This document shows positions 37,200 through 50,073 of a stretch of DNA of 64,000 nt, piece by piece. Source of the stretch: Malacoraja senta. Taxonomy: Eukaryota. A program made the translations under genes and the position numbers. Numbering within the stretch: position 1 is the first letter of the stretch; each line of letters opens with the position of its first letter. The stretch covers positions 15,252,001 to 15,316,000 of the forward strand of contig CM075980.1 of NCBI GenBank assembly GCA_038087875.1, in the 5' to 3' direction. The notes beneath the pieces were generated by a model. It searched no databases and was not told the DNA's origin. It saw nothing but the letters and a program-made list of their open reading frames with translations.

Positions 37200-38080
37200 T
37201 TTTGTCATTAGATTGAAGATTGGTTGCATTGATGAAAAAGAAAAGGTGGGTGTGAGTGGGTCTTTTCAAGGTGGCTGCCAGTGCCTCGTGGGGGCTTCAA
37301 AGATCCATGCTGGGGCCGTGCCTGTTCACAATATATATACAACGATTGGATGTGGGGAGCGAATATAATATTTGTTAGTTTGCTGCCAACATAAAACTGG
37401 ATGGTGAGGTACATTGTGAGGAGGATGTAGAGAAACTTCAAGATGACGTGGACATGTTGAGTAGATGGGCAAAAATATGGCTGCTGCAGTTTAACAAGGT
37501 AAATGTGAAGTTGTCAATGTTGGTGGGGAAAAAACCAGAAAGGGAGGGTAATATTTAATTATTTATAGATTGCGAAATGTTGGTGTAAAAAGAAATCTGG
37601 GTGTCATTATACAACAGTCACTGAAAGCAGATGTGAGGCTGCAGAAAGCAGTTAATAAAGTAAATGGCATAATGTAATAGAAAGGAACCGCACATGCTGG
37701 TTTATACCAAAGATCGAGCAATTCAGCAGGTCAGGTAGCATCTCTGGAAGAAAATGGATAGGTGATGTTTTGGGTTGGGATCCTACGTTCGATTTTGTTG
37801 TCAATGGTTTTAAGTACAGGAGCAAGGATGCCTTGCCGGAATTATTCAGGACCTTGGTGAGACTAAACCTGGGGTATCACGTGCAGTTTTGACAACCTTA
37901 TCTGAGAAAGAATCTTCTTGCCTCACAGGGAATGCGATGGAGGTTGACCAGAATGATTCTGGGATGGCAGGTTTATCGGCTGAGGAGGGATTGCATCACA
38001 TTCACTCGACTTCAGAAGTATGAGAGGGGATCTCATTGGAATGACAAGATTCTGCCACAGTTCGACAAGTTAGATGGAGA
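37200..38080 (+). mobile_element. Old CR1 RT fragment, interrupted by a Penelope-like repeat at about 37680-37785
   Basis: Degenerate motifs: tttgctgccaacataaaactgg (FADDTKL-like), cttcaagatgacgtggac (LQDDVD), accttggtgagactaaacctgg (LVRPHLE-like). Confidence 0.75.
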
Positions 38081-41000
38081 ATGTTTAAAAGTAGTTTGGC
38101 GTTGGGGATGACGCTGGGTTCAGCAGTGACCACACTGACACTCACAGTAGGGTGAGCTCACATGATGTGTCTTATTTACTGAGGCAAGAAAGACGCGGAC
38201 CATATGGGCGCCCTGTCCCTCATCATCAGGGTGCATGTACAATGGCGCTGGCGATCTCAGGCTTGTCCTGGCAGCTCAGTCATGGTCAAGGAGGAGGTGT
38301 GGTGATCTCAAGGCTTTTCCCTGCAGTTCACACTTGCCTCGAGAGGAGAAACTGGTTGTCCCGGCTTATCCTGGCAGCTCAGCTTTGGGGCTTGAAGAGG
38401 CGGTGCTGATAGTCTTGTGATTATCCTGGCGTCTCAGTTGTTGCCTGTGTATGTGCGTGCAGTACCTTGCTATCCATGGGCAGGAAGAGGCACTGGTGTC
38501 TCAGGGTTGCCCCAACCAGTCATTCTTAGCCTCAGTAGAGGCGCTGGCTGTCTAGACAGTAGAGGCGCTGGCTGTCTAGAAATTACTCCTGGCAGCCCAG
38601 TTGTGACTGGTGGTCTCGAGTTTATCCCAGTGGCTCAGTTTCCCCCAAACCTGCGACAGAGGAACACAGCTAGCAGGGATGTGCCCCACTTTCTCTCCCT
38701 TCTCTTCTTTCTTCCGCTCTTCTTCCTTTCCCTCTTCCTCACTTTCTTCTTCCTCTCTTTCTTCTTCCTCGCTTTCCCTCCTGCTTCTTCTCCCATATTC
38801 TCCCCTCTGACCGGAATCCCTGGGTTTCAATCGAAGATAGACACAAAATGCTGGAGTAACTCAGCGAGACAGGGACCATCGCTTGAGAGGTGGAATGGGT
38901 GACATTTCGGGTCAAGAGGGTTTTATATGGAGTAGGCTGACGAGACTTAGGTGGGGCAATCTGATGTCAGCTAATTGGACCCAACTGTTACCAGTGATGC
39001 TGGGTATTGGCCTCTCCTGCCCTGTAGGGATCCGAATGGCATCCGAGGGAGGGGCGCTGCCATGGTAGATACAAAGAACCACAGAAGCTAATACACAAAT
39101 TCAGCGGGTCAGGCAGCATCTATGGAGAACATGAATAGGCGGTTTCAGTTTGAGATCCTTCTTCAGACCTTAGCTTACCTTAGCTTGGGGTAGGGTGCGA
39201 GGGGGTATGGGAGACTCCAGAATTAGATGTCATAATCTTAGTATATGGGCCAAATTGTTTAGCGTTGACATGAGGAGAGATTTCTTCACTCAAAGGTCTG
39301 GAATATCTCAACCCTCCAGCACAGAGGGCTGTTGAAGGCCGGGTTGTTCAATCTATTTAAGAAGGAGATAGGTTGGTATCAAGCGGTGTGGGATGAGTTA
39401 GAAGATGTTATTATGAGAGGAGAGCAGCTATGGTCAGATTGAGTGTTGGACCAGGATGGAATCCTAACGTCCTGCTCTGATTTTCCATTGTTTTTCGCTG
39501 GTTTTGCTGCATCCATCACCATTAATTTTCTACAAACCATTCCGTTTTCTACTATCGAAGCCCATCATTTTGAACAATTGGAAGTCAGTGCTGGGCTGCT
39601 GAAGTGTGGCGTGATTTATTCCTGCACATTGAGCTATTTTAAGCACTCACTGCTCAGGCAAGGCAATACATCCTCAAAAGCCATGAACTTCTGGAGAGAC
39701 CATACATACCCTGGAACCTTTGTATCTGGTCTATTTGACCTTTTGCTGTTTTTGTCAGTGCAACTTTTTCCGTTTGTAAACACAGGAGGATGTCTTGTGC
39801 CATAAAACGCATCGTCAGCCGCAGCAACCCGAGAGATGCTCGCTTTCAATATCTGTTGATGATTGGCACAGAAACTGATTTAACCCACAACACAATGCAT
39901 TCCATTGAAAGGGTGTGTTCTATTTTATGTTACAAGGCATTTTCTGTGTGTGTGCATATTGACACGGTTTAATGTTTATGTCATATTTTAAAATTGCTCC
40001 ACTGATGTTGTTATATTTAAATTTCTTTCAATGGCCTGGACCAGCATGATACTGATTCTCCGTTAAATCGGAATTGACAACTTGATTTTAGTTTAAAATG
40101 CAAAGTGACGTCCAGAGGAGCAAATTGCTGGGATAGCAAGTTCCCACGGAGGGCTGGCTGGCTGGCTCCATGTTGTGGCATGTGTTACCGAGAGCTCGGA
40201 TGTGAGCTTGTGTCTGTGACCTCTCACACATTCCAAACTCCTGGTCTTATACTGTCGTGTTGCTTTTCCTGCAGGAAGGGAACTTTGACACCGGGGACAT
40301 CATGAACCATGATTACGGCAGCTGGCTAAACATTGGCTTGAGAAGTGTTCAGTTACCGGCCCTCGACTTAGGAAGCAGGAACTGACAATGGTAGGGGGGC
40401 GTGAACCCAGAGCAGAAACAACGTCAGTCGTGAAAGGACCGAGCAGTCATTGTGTATCCTCCTTGTGGTACAGCGGCAGTCTGTCTTGTGCTGGGGATCA
40501 GACACAGGCAGTAACCTCAGTCTTTGACACGCTGGGCCGCTGAGCTCACAGACATTCACTCCCGAAGTAACCGAGCTTTGGAGAAGGCAACCTGTTCACA
40601 CAAACTCTTAACAGTAAATCTGGCCCGAATAAACGTTCTCCATTTGATTAAACTGTACCATTCCAATTCAATCTGCAAACCATTTGATTCCAATAGCAGA
40701 TTGGGAGGTGTGATTTGCATAGTTTCATTGATGGCGCAGAACAGCTGTTTCCCGTTGACTGATGGAGTTCTGCCATCGCACCTTGTAGGTCTTCCTGTAA
40801 TTAATGGGGAAACACGGAAGACGTGAATTGTAACCCTTGAGGTCCTGGATGTACACAGTGAAACACATCAAGCTAATATTTCCAAGCCTACCCTCTGCTT
40901 GCTGATTCCATAACCTTAAAAGATTGTCTGAAAGAATGCTGTACATAATGAATCTGTTGAACAATCATTTTGGTTAAAAGGTGTTACCTATTTAACACAA

Positions 41001-42119
41001 ATCATTCATAAAAATAAACCCAACTGCAAAGCTTGGCAATAGTAGCTGCTGAATACTGACCACAGGAGGCATCTTTACTCAGTGATGTTTCTTTGACTAA
41101 CCTAATTATCCCCAATAATAAGTTCAATTATTTACTAAAATAGCAAGACGTTAATCATTTGAGTTCTAATACCATAATCGGTAATTACTAGTCTCTGATA
41201 CTTGAATGATATGTGATTGGAGTCATCTCCTTTGATCATATGGAACACGCTTCCACCAGTTGGCTGGTATTGACAGCTCTGCTTTGGTGATTAAGTATGC
41301 CTGCAATCCCTTACTTCTAATGGGATGAACGAACATGTCAGACGAGATGCACGTGAACACTGAATGCAGTCCGACAAAATTCCTTTCCCAGATTTTTTTT
41401 CGACGGTAACATTAACCCATGAAAAACTGTTGTTAAAGTGGTTTCTTTTATACCTTTCCATGCTCATAATCTAATATCATGTGGTATAATTATACCATGC
41501 TAAAACTCTGTTTCTAAGGTTTACAACAATGCAGTTTTTATATAACATTTATACTGATCTTTCCAGCATCCTGTATTTTTCCCTTCCCTGCTCTCTCTAC
41601 GTGCCTCACTGCATAGACCCTCATTCCACAGATATTCCACATTTTTGCAGTAAATGACGTCTTTGCTGTTGATGGAGACTCGTGTTTCTTGGAAAGCCCA
41701 ATAGCGAGTTGTGCTGCAAAGATTTTGCTTGCTTTACAAACGAGGGACATTGCCAAGAACTGAGCCTGGGCACAACTTCCTCATCGTCTCCCTTTCAGTT
41801 GCCATTTGCCCATATTCATTTGCCTCAACATCTCGTACTGTGCGTGCGGGACAGTGTTCAGTGAAGCAGAATAACCACATCTAGTACAGTTGCTTGTGGC
41901 CACTGAATCTATCCTATGCCTCCATTAGATGTCACCAGTCTTTAGTCGCACTAAAGTTTCATATGAGATAGGTTTTAAACCTAAAATATTGAGAGGGCGT
42001 AGTTTAAGAAAGATTTTAAAAAATCAGGTTTTTTTCCAGTCACCCATGTATAGGTGGCATAGTGTTTCAGCTTACTTCTTGCTGTTGGCAAGAGGTTAAA
42101 CATTACCAAACAAATTAAT

Positions 42120-42372
42120 CTCCATAAACAGAACTGCCCCGGCAGTCCCATTGTTTCTGCCTGCTCCTGCCCCACTGAAATAATTTCCATGTATCTTAAC
42201 TCCATCCTAACCGCGCTGGTCAAATCCCTCCCATCCTATGTCCAAGACACGTCACACGCCTTTCGTGTCTTTAATGTGGTCTTATGAAGGGTCTCGACCC
42301 GAAACGGCACCTATTCATTTTCTCCAGGGAGGCTGCCTGACCCGCTGAGTTACTTCAGCATTTTGTGTCTCT
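42120..42372 (+). mobile_element. Internally deleted Penelope-like element: RT fragment fused to terminal repeat
   Basis: 42120-42272 translates LHKQNCPGSPIVSACSCPTEIISMYLNSILTALVKSLPSYVQDTSHAF (KIHK..RPIVS motif of Penelope RT), followed at once by a mutated hammerhead repeat. Confidence 0.85.
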
Positions 42373-43534
42373 TCAACATCATTTTAATTTCCGTGGGGTG
42401 CCTTGCACTGTAATCGGTGACCTAACGAAGAGGGGCCTGTAGATTGGACCACAGTTGATCTTCCAACGTGAAGAGGCATGCAATTCCGTGTTTCTTTGCT
42501 CTGCTCGTCTGCTCCAAGATCTGGACTGTATTTTACAACAATGAGTACGGGGTTTTGTCATTGCTTTCTGACATTTATGTGTGTGTTTTGTGAGTAAAAT
42601 CCCATTTAATTGAGTTGAATCCAAACAAAATCTGCCAGAATGTAATTCTATTGATACTGTAGGGGTATGCAATCATAGCCAATTTGATTTGAAACAATTG
42701 ATGCTGATTTTTCAATATAACCGTTGCTCTCTTTCTTTGTCTGTAATGCTCAATGTAATGTGATTTGCATTAGATATCTACAAGGAAGACATTTTGACTT
42801 GATAAGTATTGACCCCAGGATGTTGAGATGAGGTTTTTTGTAGGTTAAAGGGCAGGAGGTCACGATGTTTAACTTTGGGTCAGAGATGTACTTTCTAATA
42901 AAGCTAGCAGAATCTAGAGCACAACAGCAGCACAGCAGCAATCAGATAACTCGCTCAATGTTGGTACCCGTCATTAAACCCTCTCAGTTTAAGATGCTCT
43001 AATTACCACGGTCAGGAAAGGAACCAAAAACCTCAGTTGCTGGAGCAACCTCGGGGTTCAAAAGGTCTCACAGAACAGGTCGATCAAGGTGGCATTTTGA
43101 AGAGTTAATTATACTCTTTTAAAAAGACGGAAAAATTATTTAATAGGACTTGATTCACGGAAGAATGATCAGCCTTTAAATCACAGTTCTGATGGGAAAT
43201 TAAATTAGCGGGCTGAAATAATGAAGGTTGCAGGGGGCAGCTGGATGTGAGGAACTCCAGTGGTCTCATGTGGCAGGTGTTGGGGGCAGTGTCAGGAACC
43301 TGGAAGCAGCAATATTAACGAGTATTGATCACTGTCAATATTGCGCAGCAGAGATTAGCTTCGAACCAGAACCTTTGACTCATTGACTGCATTTATTTTT
43401 GTCTTTTTTTCATCAAGTGGTCATTCTTCATGGTTCTTGTAAATGCGCCCAGCATTTTGGAATCATTAGAATGAATTGACATGGACTTTTTGGGATTAAA
43501 GGATGAATTGTTGTAGGATTTGTTGAAGTTAACA

Positions 43535-44088
43535 CAGAACATGCAACAGTACAACACAGAAACAGGCCCTTCGGCCCGCAATATCTGTGCCGAACATGAT
43601 GGAGTTAAACTAATGGAGTCATAGAACCATATGAGCCCTTCAGCCGAACTTGCCCATGCCGACCAAGATGCCTCAACTATGTGTAGGAATGAACTGCAGA
43701 AGCTGGTTTAAATCGAATATGGACACAAAATGCTGGAGTAACTCAGCGGAACAAGGAGCATCTCTGGAGAGAAAGAATGGGTGACGTTTCGGGTCGAGAC
43801 CCTTCTTCAGACTGAACTATGCTCAACTATGCTAACCTAACGTGCCCGTGTTTGTCCTATATCCCACTGAAGCCTTCTTATCCATGTACCTCTTTTAATT
43901 GTCTTTTAAACATTGTCATAATCCCCTCAGCCTGCATGTGATCCATATCCCTCCATTCCTTGCATATCCATGTGCTTATCCAAACATCTCTGAAATGCCA
44001 CTATCGTATCTGCCTCCGGTCAACGTGTTCCAGGTACCCAGCACTCTGTGTAAAAAAAAAAACTTGCCCTGCTCATCTCCTTTAAGTT
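43535..44088 (-). mobile_element. Cluster of nested CR1 3' fragments
   Basis: Several ggcccttc(a/g)gcc tails interrupted by one another and by the Penelope-like insert. Confidence 0.7.
43682..43814 (-). mobile_element. Solo Penelope-like terminal repeat with TSD; intact hammerhead core at 43783-43810
   Basis: ctcaactatg at 43672-43681 and 43822-43831, with an extra aactatg at 43815-43821. Confidence 0.82.
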
Positions 44089-44637
44089 AAGGGTAAGTTT
44101 GTGGAGACTTTTACAAGAAAATACTTTCCTGACTGCTCCTCTCCTACTTTTCCTACTTTTACATTCGGTGTCTCACTAATCTTTTCTCCAGAAGACTGAT
44201 GCTGGAGTTTGGATCCACAATGGTCCTTCAGTACTCAACCCAATTCATTTTCTTTCTCATGAAGACGCTTCAGCTTGAAATATTAACTGTTTCTTTTCCA
44301 CAAATGCTGCCTGCCCAGCTGAGTGTACCCAGTACTTTCTAATGGATTGGAATGATGGACATCTAAAATGTTATGTAAATGCAAGATACTATTTTTCTCC
44401 CAGTTTCCTCTTGCTCGTCCTGTTGTTCTGTTCCCCCAGCACAACTATTTTCACCATTCTTCATCCCATGTGTGAAGTACTTTACACTCATCATTGGTTA
44501 TTTCAATTTATCTCTCAATGTAACTGGTTTATAATCAGCCGTTTGTGTAGTTAAAAACATGAGAGTGGATTTTCATCTTCAACCTCCCTGGGAATTGACA
44601 TTATTTGGATGCACTGAAGAAGGAAAGGGGTGAGGAA

Positions 44638-45248
44638 CCATTTGGCATCAGTCAGGGCATTGAGTATAGAGGTTGGGACGTTATGTTGTACAAGATGTTG
44701 GTGAAGCCGTACTTGGAGTACTGCATTCACTTTTGGCCACCCTGCTATACCAAACAAGTCATTAAGCTGGAAAAAGTACAGGGAAGATTGCCAAAGATGC
44801 TGCCAGTACTCGAGGGCCTGAGCTATAGGGAAAGATGGGAGGGTAGGGCTTTATTTCTTGGAGTGCAGGAGGCTGAGGGGTGGTCCTGATAGAGGTGTAT
44901 AAGATCATGAGGGGAATACATAGGTGAAATGTTTAGAGTTTCCCCCCCCCCCCCCCCCAAAGGTAAGGGAATCAATATCCAGAGGTTTAAGGTGAGAGGG
45001 GAAAGATTTAATAAGGAACTGAGGGGCAACATTTTCACTCAGAGGCTGGTGGGTACATGGAACAAGCTGCCAGAGAAAGTAGTTGAGGTAGATACAATAA
45101 CACCATTTAAAAGGCATTTGAACAGGTACATGGATGGATATGGGCCAAACATGAGCAAATGGAATTAACTTAGATGGGACATCTTGGTCGGCATGTATCA
45201 GTTGGGCTGAAGGGCCTGTTTCCATACTGTAAAATTCTATGACTCTGT
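44638..45248 (+). mobile_element. CR1-type LINE ORF2 3' fragment
   Basis: GISQGIEYRGWDVMLYKMLVKPYLEYCIHFW..LEKVQ and RFKVRGERF..FTQRLVGTWNKLP. Confidence 0.92.
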
Positions 45249-45839
45249 AATTGGAGCCCTATGAAGAGCCTCACAGCCACGTCACTAAACTGTACAGTAA
45301 CACTATAGCAGTGTTTCAATGTGAAGGAAGTAGGGATATTTTTTATTGGTCTCGTGTTTACAATATACTGGCATGTGAGGAAATCTGATGTAAGCATTGG
45401 TTTCATTGATTCCGTTTGTTGTGCTGACATGATGTTCAGCCTGACATGAGTCCCTTATTTCTGCTGGTCCTGGTACATAGTTGGTAGAGATATCTAGTAC
45501 AGATATCGGAGAGATAGAACTGTTACCCTCACTCCATCCTGAAACCATTGCCCTTACATCCTTGGTATTAGGATTGTCACTGTATTTGACAATCTCTTTC
45601 AATGGTAGTAGCATGTGCTTCTGCATATGATAATGCCTTTCATCTAATAAAAGTGTCCCATAGAGCGTGATCACAATTTGACACCAAGTGGCTTACATGG
45701 GCGGAAATCGCTTTTAAAACATGGTGGGGGGGGGGGGGGGGGGACGGGGGACACACACACAATTTCATGGTGGCCCGATGACAAGTGTGCATGACAACTA
45801 ACAATTTTATCCCCTCCCACTCCTCCCCCCTGACACACA

Positions 45840-46080
45840 NNNNNNNNNNNNNNNNNNNNNNNNNNNNNNNNNNNNNNNNNNNNNNNNNNNNNNNNNNNNN
45901 NNNNNNNNNNNNNNNNNNNNNNNNNNNNNNNNNNNNNNNNNNNNNNNNNNNNNNNNNNNNNNNNNNNNNNNNNNNNNNNNNNNNNNNNNNNNNNNNNNNN
46001 NNNNNNNNNNNNNNNNNNNNNNNNNNNNNNNNNNNNNNNNNNNNNNNNNNNNNNNNNNNNNNNNNNNNNNNNNNNNNNNN
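45840..46080. other. Assembly gap (241 N)
   Basis: Run of N. Confidence 1.
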
Positions 46081-46371
46081 CTTACTATGATGATCCTGGG
46101 GCTTGGGGAATACTTGAGAGACAGTGAAAGAAGGCCAAAAGTGGTGTAAATTAAAATAGATATATATTTGTGCTGAGGCCTAACATCTAGGAGCTAGCGG
46201 CCTCCAACTGGAATCGACCTTGAGGGTCTCCTGTAGCAACCTCTGATGGTCGGGAGATCAGCACCTTGGCATCTGCCCAATGTCTACTACTCTGAAGATT
46301 TTGTTTTTGCATTGAGCACAACTTTGAAAGTAGATGTTGTGTAATAGAGAAGTAGCTCTTAGTATTGGTGG

Positions 46372-47095
46372 ATTTAGGTTTACTATTAGTGTCATCAGTA
46401 CGTGTCACAAGTACAGTGAAAAGCTTTGTTTTGCATGCTATCCAAACAGATTAGATATACCATACATGGATACAATCAAATCAAACTCAAGTACAAGAGA
46501 TAGAACAAAGGGGAAGATACAGAGTGCAGAATATAGTTCTCTCATTGCAGCACATCATTTCCTGACCTGTTGTGACCTTCCAGCTGTTTGTACTTTGCTC
46601 CACATTTTAGCACCTACAATTTCTTGTATCTCCAGAACTTTGTCTATGGAACTGGTGTGCTGCAATGTGAGAACTATAATGTCCTTAATGGGCTTGAAGT
46701 CATATCCCATAATATCCTTAATGGGCTAGAACTGAATCGGACTGTACCCTAACTTATGGAAGGACCATTCAGAAATCTGATAACAGAGGGGAATAAGTTG
46801 TTCCTGAGTCTGGTGGTGCGTGCTTTTAGGCTGCTGTACTTTCTGCCAGATGGAGAAAGGGAGAAGAAGGGATGACCAGGATTGGACAAGTCTTTGATTA
46901 TGTTGGCTGCTTTTCCAATGCAGTGTGAAGTGCAGACGGAGACAATGGTGGGAAGTCTTCACAGTGTGATGGATTGGGCGACATCTACAACTCCCTGGTA
47001 CTTCTCGCAGTCTTGGGCAGAGCTGTTCCCAAACCAAGCTGTGATGCAACCTGACAGTATGCTTTCTCTGTAGAAGTTCTGTAACAGTTGCTGTT
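46372..47095 (-). mobile_element. Rex1/Babar-like LINE 3' fragment, internally rearranged
   Basis: Colinear with 57950-58492 (gttcccaaacca..gatgca, ctggtggtgcgtgctttt). Tail at 46372-46440. Confidence 0.8.
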
Positions 47096-47699
47096 GACAG
47101 GCCGATGTGATGGTCAATGGCAAAGTCTGGAACTTATCCTGATGCAGGGTCCCGACCTAAAATGTTGACCATGTCTCTGCCTCCACGGATGCTGCCTGAC
47201 CCATTGAGTTCTTCCAGCTGTTTGTATTTTGCTCCACATTTTAGCATCTACTGTACAATTTCCTGTATCTCTAGAACTTTGGACAGACTTGAAAAGATTT
47301 TAGAACAAACGTTTGACATTTTCTTGCACATCCCTTTTTAATTTCACTCATTTCTCTTTTTTATCAGCGGGCCAGGTAAATGCTGTCTTTCTTTTTATCT
47401 TTTCATCCAGAAGTATATTTAACTTCTGTGCTTTTATCTCCAGTATACTTGTCTCAGTCTGAAAGGGAACCATTTTCTTGTTCCCCATGTCAGTAGTGCT
47501 TCCACTGAAGAATAACATGTTTCTGTTTTAGATCTCGTTGATGCCAAATGATTTAATTTTTTTCCTCATTATGTAATCAGATATCCCCATCAGGTCTATT
47601 ATTTCTAAATTGTGGAAATGTACCTTTTGAGTTGGCCTGGCTCCAATCGCAGCCCAATCCTACTACTGACACATCACGAGGTCTAACCAAAGGAAACAT

Positions 47700-47808
47700 C
47701 TCTCATTTCCCTTTCCCCTGACTCTCAGTCTGAAGAAGGGTCTCGACCCGAAACCTCACCTATTCCTTTTCTCCAGAGATGCCGTCTGACCCACTGAGTT
47801 ACTCCAAC
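47700..47808 (+). mobile_element. Penelope-like terminal repeat; hammerhead core 47730-47757 with helix III mutation
   Basis: ctgaagaagggtctcgacccgaaacCtc. Confidence 0.78.
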
Positions 47809-49710
47809 GTTTGGGGCCAACATGAAGGAACATCGCCTTTGGTTATCTAAATAGGCAAGCCAGAACTTTGTGCACGGGTTATCCAGGTGTGTTTTGCATT
47901 GATCGATAAGGAATGACTACATGTGGACTGTATGCACTCCGGAATCAACCCTGGCTGCAAATAGTTTAATTGCGAGCTGTTTGGATGCCTTGCATGGTCA
48001 GCACACTTTGGCAAGAAGTCCCTTTAATGGTAAAGGACTTACTGATCGTGGCAAGTCTTATATTTTCCCAGCAAGGAGAAAATGTGATGACTTAGGAAGC
48101 ACAACTGAAGCACAATGTGTATTCAATTTCTCTCAGTCCCTTTAGGTTTAAAAAAAAAGTTATTTCCTACTCTTTTGGTTTCTCTTCCAACCTTATGATT
48201 TCCTTGGCTTTGTTTAAGGTAGGATCCTTGCCAGACTTGTGGCAGGAACAGTGGGGAGACGCTGCAGAAAATGGAATCATGTTTTTATGAAGGGAGCAAA
48301 TAAAGTGAGGTATTTTAATGCTCGTTCACAGAACAGAACAGTTGTTTGTCTGGAGGGCTCTGTTTTTGCAGGGAGTTGAGGGCGATTTGCTGGCCCAGGA
48401 GGCAGCGATCCTCCCGGGCTGTTCACCTCTCTGCATATGGTGGGAAACTTGCGTTTCTCATTGAACCAGCTGCAGAGCAAGCAGCTGCCGCTGGTATGTT
48501 CTGGCAATGAGACGACCCCAGGCAGGGAGAGGCAGAGGGCTCAGATTGGGGGGCACTGGAGTGCTAAGATTGACATTCATGCAACTTGTTGAGGCTGCCT
48601 GCTCAAGCACGGGGTTGGGGCCCATCAGCATTGCTGCCCAACGCTCGGCTTTTATACCCATGCCGTATTTCCACAAATACCACTTGCTGACCTAAACGAC
48701 AGCAAGTCATCACGTGCCGGAGAATGCAATCCAAGAACGATCTCACAACGGGATAGCCGGCATCGTCACGCCGATCGTGAGGAGAGGATTTTCCGAGCCA
48801 GTTTGAAAGCCAGGCAGCTGCTCAGCGTGGGATCGAGTTCACTACCTGTTGCCGTTCCCAGCCCAGAGACAGTTCCACAAAACAAAATGCTGCAGGAAAT
48901 GTTGGTATTGCCCTGATGGTGAAATAATGTTTCACAGCCCACCGTGTGTGCAACAAACATATGCCTTCACTTAAGCTTCATCTGTCAATTTGTTTCTTCC
49001 ATTCACTACAGTTCAAAGATGTAAAAATATTGTTTTGAGGCTCAACATCAGCCCAGCCTGTTGAACAAAGTGTAATTACCCACTGACCGACAGTTAATTG
49101 ATTAACTGCACGGTTTCTATAATTATCAACTCGTGGTATTCAGTTTGCACGCAATTGCACGAAGCAGTTTGAAGGGTGGCCCTGGTGGGTTTGAAGGAAG
49201 GAGGGGGAATGATATGGTCTTGAGTTTGTTTGCAAATTTATTTGTTGTTGAAAGACACTTCAAAGATGGCCTTACTGGAGCTGGGTCAGAGGAGAGGTTT
49301 CAGGAAGGAATTCCATCATTTCTCTTGTCTGAATGCACTTTGAAAAGATCCAGCCATGGAACTATTATCTCACAAAGGATGGTCACCACATGGTCCCTGG
49401 AGTGTAAATCACTTGGCATCAACTCTGCACCATTTATATCCTGCTGTGTCCAGACCAAACCAATTCATAATGTCTCTTCCATTTTAACATGGCCTCACCT
49501 ACATTCGCACCTCCTCTGTTGCAGCCCTCTATTTTACAATCCTTTCAGGACAGCAGTGCTAAGCCTTTGGAACGTGAAGGATTGAGAGAATGGGCAATGT
49601 GACTGAGTTAAAGACTCAGTGTCCCACTTGTTAGCTACATTCCACAGCTTTTGACTCCAGACACCTCTGCTTCTCCTGCATACACTGTACTCTGGGTCCT
49701 ACATGACAGT

Positions 49711-50073
49711 TCATAAGTTCATAAGTGATAGGAGCAGAATTAGGACATTCAGCCCAACAGATTACTCCACCATTCAATCATGGTTGATCTAACTCTCCCC
49801 CTCAACCCCATTCTCCTGCCTTCTCCCCATAACCCCTGACAGATTCCATATTAATCAAAAATCCATCCATCTGTGCCTTAAAAAATATCCATTGATTTGG
49901 CCTCCAGAGCCTTCTGTGGCAATGAATTCTACAGGTTCACCAACCTCTGACTTAAGAAATTCCTCCTCATCTCCTATCTAAAGGAACGTCCTTACATTCT
50001 GAGGCTATGACCTCTGGTCCCAGACTCTCTCACTAACGGAAACATCCTCTGCACATCCACTCCATCCAAGCCT
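49711..50073 (-). mobile_element. CR1-type LINE 3' fragment
   Basis: Reverse complement of the 435-775 family, with a (ttcataag)2 tail. Confidence 0.88.

Noticed and set aside
38576-38830. Glu-rich minus-strand ORF
   Set aside because: Translation of a low-complexity TC tract that begins in a repeat.
45697-45839. Possible DNA transposon end (catgggcggaaatc..G-run)
   Set aside because: Truncated by the gap, with no partner TIR visible.
48370-48491. Candidate exon (tttttgcag .. G|gtatgt)
   Set aside because: The one open frame gives no recognisable peptide and no partner exons were found.
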